From the sequence record DRR378314_1707: a stretch of 52,696 nt of DNA; one strand, written 5' to 3'. Position numbers and translations under genes: made by a program. The notes below the pieces were generated by a model that ran no database searches, was not told the DNA's origin, and saw only the letters and a list, made by a program, of their open reading frames with translations. The number at the start of each line of letters is the position of its first letter. Positions within the stretch are counted from its first letter, which is position 1. Of the stretch, positions 48,826 through 52,696 are shown piece by piece.

Positions 48826-50127
48826 ATGAACAGTCAAACTAACAAAGACGAACTGGAGAGTCATGGTGACTACGCATTAACAGCGGTCCCTCTTAATGCA
48901 AGACGGGGCTTTATTTCTATGACAGCGGTAATGCTGGGATTCACATTCTTTGCGTCGAGTATGTGGACCGGGGGCACGTTAGGCCAGAACTTCAGTCTTT
49001 GGCCCGATCTTCTCCTGGTTATTCTTGGTGGCAACCTGCTACTCGGGATATACGGCTCACTCCTGGCGTTCGCTGCGTCTAAAACCAACCTCTCAACGCA
49101 CGTTTTATTGTGGCATTCCTTCGGCGTTAAAGGATCGAAGCTTCCCTCTTTCATGCTGGCCATAACGCAAATCGGATGGTTCGGTGTAGGGATAGCGATG
49201 TTGTCTGCCCCCATTACCAAGTATGTGGGCATCCCTTATGTTCCTCTTCTCTTGGTCGGCGGTCTGGCAATGACCTATACCGTAGCGGTAGGTTTCAAGG
49301 CCATTGAATTGCTCAGCATGATTGCGGTTCCTGCCATACTTATTCTCGGCTTTACTTCTGTCTTCAAGGCCATATTTGACGCGCCCGAAGGCATCGATAC
49401 GATCCTTTTCTCAGAGCCCAGCGGGTCTATGACGATTGCTGTCGGGATGTCACTCGCGGTTGGTTCATTCATCAGTGGGGCAACGCTCACTCCTGACTTT
49501 GTGCGCTTCTCAAAGAATAAGCGAATCGGTGTTTTTTCTACTGCAATCGGGTTCGTTTTCGGTAACAGCCTGATGTTCATTTTTGGTGCTGTCGGCGCAA
49601 TCGCCACAGGGGTTTCGGACATTGCAGAGGTTCTGGCTCTTCAAGGCCTGTTGGGTGCCGGGATTATTTTGCTGGTCCTCAATATCTGGACAACCAACGA
49701 CAACGCACTTTATGCCTCAGGTCTTGGGTTGGTGAATATTACCGGCCTGAAGCGATCCCACTTGGTATGGGCTGCTGGCATTTTCGGCACTGTCGCATCG
49801 GATTTTCTCTACAACAACTTCATAGGATGGCTCAGTTTCCTGAGCGTGTCGCTGCCACCGATCGGTGGGATCATCATTGCCGATTTCTTCTTCCGCGCCA
49901 GAACAAATTACCCATCCGTTGAGAGCTTTAAGCCACAAAGATTCAACGGAGTTGCGATTGTCGCCTGGTTAATTGCAATTGCCGTCTCGGTGGCTTCGCC
50001 AGACACGGGTGTTTTCAGTGTCGCACCTTTGAATGCCATCGTTGCGACCATCGTTAGCTATGCAGTTCTGACCGCCGCCCTTGAGAAGGTAGCAAAAAGG
50101 GCCATTCCAAAATCAGTAGAGGCGTAG
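48826..50127 (+). CDS. codB: Cytosine permease-like NCS1 transporter
   Basis: LGFTFFASSMWTGG, TQIGWFGVG, VGSFISG, NIWTTNDNALY. Confidence 0.85.
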   Translation: MNSQTNKDELESHGDYALTAVPLNARRGFISMTAVMLGFTFFASSMWTGGTLGQNFSLWPDLLLVILGGNLLLGIYGSLLAFAASKTNLSTHVLLWHSFGVKGSKLPSFMLAITQIGWFGVGIAMLSAPITKYVGIPYVPLLLVGGLAMTYTVAVGFKAIELLSMIAVPAILILGFTSVFKAIFDAPEGIDTILFSEPSGSMTIAVGMSLAVGSFISGATLTPDFVRFSKNKRIGVFSTAIGFVFGNSLMFIFGAVGAIATGVSDIAEVLALQGLLGAGIILLVLNIWTTNDNALYASGLGLVNITGLKRSHLVWAAGIFGTVASDFLYNNFIGWLSFLSVSLPPIGGIIIADFFFRARTNYPSVESFKPQRFNGVAIVAWLIAIAVSVASPDTGVFSVAPLNAIVATIVSYAVLTAALEKVAKRAIPKSVEA

Positions 50128-50135
50128 AAATCATC

Positions 50136-50825
50136 ATGAACGAGAACTTTCTCAGTTTTGCTCCAGGGGTATCCGAAGGCAGTAACAATTCTCTGACTAG
50201 CGCAATTGCCTCGGATGGCACCCCCAGTCCGGGACAATGTTACAGCGTTCCGGCTCGTTGTGGTGTGGCCGTGCGCCTGAAAAAAGGCAACACGCTCGAG
50301 TTAAGGAATGACAGCGGGAGCCAGGTCTGTGATTTCTGGGCGTTTATGGAAGATAACCTGCATGAATCGTTATCTATGGAGCATTGCAGGACTCATCTGG
50401 GAAGGAACTCGATCAAGGAACAGGACGAATTGGTCACGAACTGGCGGCGTCCCGTGTTGAAGGTACTTAGTGACAGCTCTCCAGGTGTGCACGACATGCT
50501 AATCGCTTCCTGTGATCTCAATCGGTACAAGGGGCTCGGGGTTGATGGCTATCACGATAATTGCACCGATAACCTGAGGATGGCACTCGCAGCAATCGGT
50601 GAGACTGCCACGCATCTCCCATCGCCTCTGAACTTATGGATGAACGTCGGGCTTGGTGAAGATGGTGCCATTGAGTTTCTCGCACCGATTTCCAGGCCGG
50701 GCGACGTGATTGAATTTGAGGCATTGGAAGATTTGATCGTTGTAATGTCTGCTTGCCCACAGGACATCACACCGGTGAACGGAGACGATAGAGAGATCTA
50801 TGACCTCCATTTCAGAGCTCTCTGA
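50136..50825 (+). CDS. DUF1989 / urea carboxylase-associated family protein
   Basis: GSQVCDFWAF, HDMLIASCD, HDNCTDNL, PLNLWMN, MSACPQD. Confidence 0.9.
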   Translation: MNENFLSFAPGVSEGSNNSLTSAIASDGTPSPGQCYSVPARCGVAVRLKKGNTLELRNDSGSQVCDFWAFMEDNLHESLSMEHCRTHLGRNSIKEQDELVTNWRRPVLKVLSDSSPGVHDMLIASCDLNRYKGLGVDGYHDNCTDNLRMALAAIGETATHLPSPLNLWMNVGLGEDGAIEFLAPISRPGDVIEFEALEDLIVVMSACPQDITPVNGDDREIYDLHFRAL

Positions 50826-50875
50826 GCCACTGGAGGAGTCGTAAAGCGCTTTGGTTGGAAGAACAAAAGTAAGGA

Positions 50876-50916
50876 GCACCTTTGGCACTATTTCATAGCG
50901 CCAAAGGTGTTTGTTT
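50876..50916 (+). terminator. Terminator after the catabolic operon
   Basis: CACCTTTGGC...GCCAAAGGTG followed by TTTGTTT. Confidence 0.7.
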
Positions 50917-51154
50917 AAGTATTTACTTCCACTTGAACCAAAGAAATATTGCATGCTTTCTACGGCAGGTCAGTCTCCCGGTCTTAAGCATTAGAAATGC
51001 CTGCACCCTTCCGCAGAGAAGATGCTAATTCGGGTGATTCCCAGTATCGTGGTGTGCGAGGTAGCTCCGAGCACGTCAATTGGGATATATAATTAATGAG
51101 GATGAGTTCCATACTATCTTATTGGCCTAAAGTTCCTCACATATGTAGGAACAT

Positions 51155-51598
51155 ATGGCCGAGTTGTTAGTTATGCATGAAATCCCACTACCCACCCCAG
51201 CGGTACTGGCGGTTGTCGCTCGCCAAGGCAGACTGCTGCTTGTCCGGCGCGCTAACCCTCCTGATGTCGGATATTGGGGATTCCCCGGGGGACATATTGA
51301 ACCTGGTGAAAGTCTCTTGAATGCCGCCGTTCGCGAGTTGCGAGAAGAAACCGGTGTGATAGCGAAAGCAGGGCATGTCCTTACGGCGGTTGATGCCGTT
51401 AAGTTTGACGATGAGGGGCTTAGGTATCATTTCGTTCTCGTTGCAGTGATCTGTCATTGGATAGAGGGTGAGGGGAATGCTGCGGATGATGCGTTAGAAA
51501 CGGGTTGGTTTAGTCCCGAGGACATCGCTACGTTAGGGCCGATGGTTAGCTCCGATGTGGAAGCCGTAGCGAGGTTAGCACTGCAGCAAAGCTCATAG
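51155..51598 (+). CDS. NUDIX hydrolase
   Basis: Nudix box [23 protein letters not shown]. Confidence 0.92.
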   Translation: MAELLVMHEIPLPTPAVLAVVARQGRLLLVRRANPPDVGYWGFPGGHIEPGESLLNAAVRELREETGVIAKAGHVLTAVDAVKFDDEGLRYHFVLVAVICHWIEGEGNAADDALETGWFSPEDIATLGPMVSSDVEAVARLALQQSS

Positions 51599-51749
51599 AC
51601 GAAGGTGTGACGAAGAAGAGTGGCGTCGACCCTGATTCGATCAAACGCGTTGTGCATCCATGCAAACATAAGTTTCAGGTTTTGGGGATTTATGTGCAGC
51701 AGAGAACAATTAAGCTATTGCGAAATGGATGCGACTGGAGCTTCGAATT

Positions 51750-52499
51750 GTGAACGTACTGATTGTTCTGGCCCACCCGGAAAGAGCATCTTTTAACGGT
51801 GGACTTGCAGAAATTGCGCAGAAGAGCCTTCGGGATGAGGGTCACCTTGTCGATGTTGATGATCTGTATCAGGAGCAGTTCGATCCAGTTGAGCGTGCCG
51901 GTCACTATGCCAATCGGGTTGATTCCGAATACTTTGCCCCACTGACCGAACAGCGAGCCCATTTTGAGCGGCGGCTATTGCCGGCGGATGTTCAGCGTGA
52001 GATCGAACGCCTTGAGTGGGCTGACCTGGTTATCTTCCAGTTCCCGTTGTGGTGGCATTCTCAGCCAGCCATCTTAAAGGGCTGGTTTGACCGTGTGCTG
52101 GTCTACGGTGGAATCTACTCTGGAAGCAGACGTTACAACAGGGGCCATTTTCGGGGAAGGAGGGCGATTTGTTCTGTTACTACCGGCTCTCCCGAACTGG
52201 CGTTCATGCCTTTTGGCCGAGCGGGGAATATGGTGGAATGGTTGTGGCCAATACATTCCTCTCTTTATTACGTGGGATTCGATGTACTGGCGCCCCAGGT
52301 GAGCTATGGAGTCCAGGGCGGTGGCATTCAGTATCAGGATGAGGATGCGTTAAGAGAGCATCTTGAGCAAAAGAAAATCGATTGGGCTGAACGGTTAGCC
52401 ATGCTTTCCAGTGAATTCCCAATCCCGTTTACTGGCTGGGAAGATTGGGATGAAGGCGGTCTACTGAAACAAAGTCATCCGATGCGGTGGCGACCCTGA
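51750..52499 (+). CDS. NAD(P)H dehydrogenase (quinone), flavodoxin-like fold
   Basis: LAHPERASFN, FQFPLWWHSQPAILKGWFDRV; GGAG before GTG 51750. Confidence 0.92.
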   Translation: MNVLIVLAHPERASFNGGLAEIAQKSLRDEGHLVDVDDLYQEQFDPVERAGHYANRVDSEYFAPLTEQRAHFERRLLPADVQREIERLEWADLVIFQFPLWWHSQPAILKGWFDRVLVYGGIYSGSRRYNRGHFRGRRAICSVTTGSPELAFMPFGRAGNMVEWLWPIHSSLYYVGFDVLAPQVSYGVQGGGIQYQDEDALREHLEQKKIDWAERLAMLSSEFPIPFTGWEDWDEGGLLKQSHPMRWRP

Positions 52500-52696
52500 A
52501 AAATGTTCATTCAGACACTCATCCCGGAAGTCACCTGGTCCCCTGAGATGCCCATGGCAACGGGAATGTCGAGGCACTCCTACCCAAACCGGCGGCGTTC
52601 GAACGCAATGACCCTTTGATGCGCTCTGTCAGTTCATGCTCCTCTGGAGAACGCTGAGACTGATACCGCATCGTTGCGCGGGATAACCCGACGAGT

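Noticed and set aside
50127-50136. Guanidine riboswitch associated with DUF1989
   Set aside because: No intergenic room before the gene and no recognisable motif at the operon leader
1-52696. CRISPR arrays, rRNA/tRNA genes, transposases, integrases
   Set aside because: No regularly spaced repeat-spacer array, RNA gene pattern or recombinase motif recognised by eye

Overview
A 52.7-kb, gene-dense accessory region from a gammaproteobacterium (gene content suggests Marinobacter; inference). It holds about 60 genes, mostly regulator-plus-target cassettes for redox, envelope and detoxification functions. I found no rRNA, tRNA, CRISPR, integrase or transposase. Recognisable modules are mqo, SelO/YdiU, a bufferin-type MNIO RiPP cluster (DUF2282-DUF692-DUF2063-DoxX) flanked by YHS and thioredoxin genes, a MocR regulator with an orphan ccoG, dsbG, an ECF sigma/DUF1348/TetR trio, a glutaredoxin with a disulfide reductase, a hydrolase / MMPL::LolA-like fusion / DUF1302 lipid-handling operon, and an AT-richer amidase-deacetylase-NCS1-DUF1989 catabolic block. 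The most striking signal is non-coding. A 43-bp nod-box-like element (CATCA-N7-TGATG-N6-ATACCG-N6-AATT) occurs five times in 35.3-39.4 kb, each oriented with the gene downstream. It defines a probable LysR regulon of two small secreted proteins (one absent from the ORF track), an LpxR-like barrel, thioredoxin and a membrane-anchored kinase. A separate palindrome links a MarR gene to an operon 14 kb away. Relics of a second phzF-lysR cassette bracket a ~32-kb segment, and an M48 peptidase-pilin gene carries an internal deletion.
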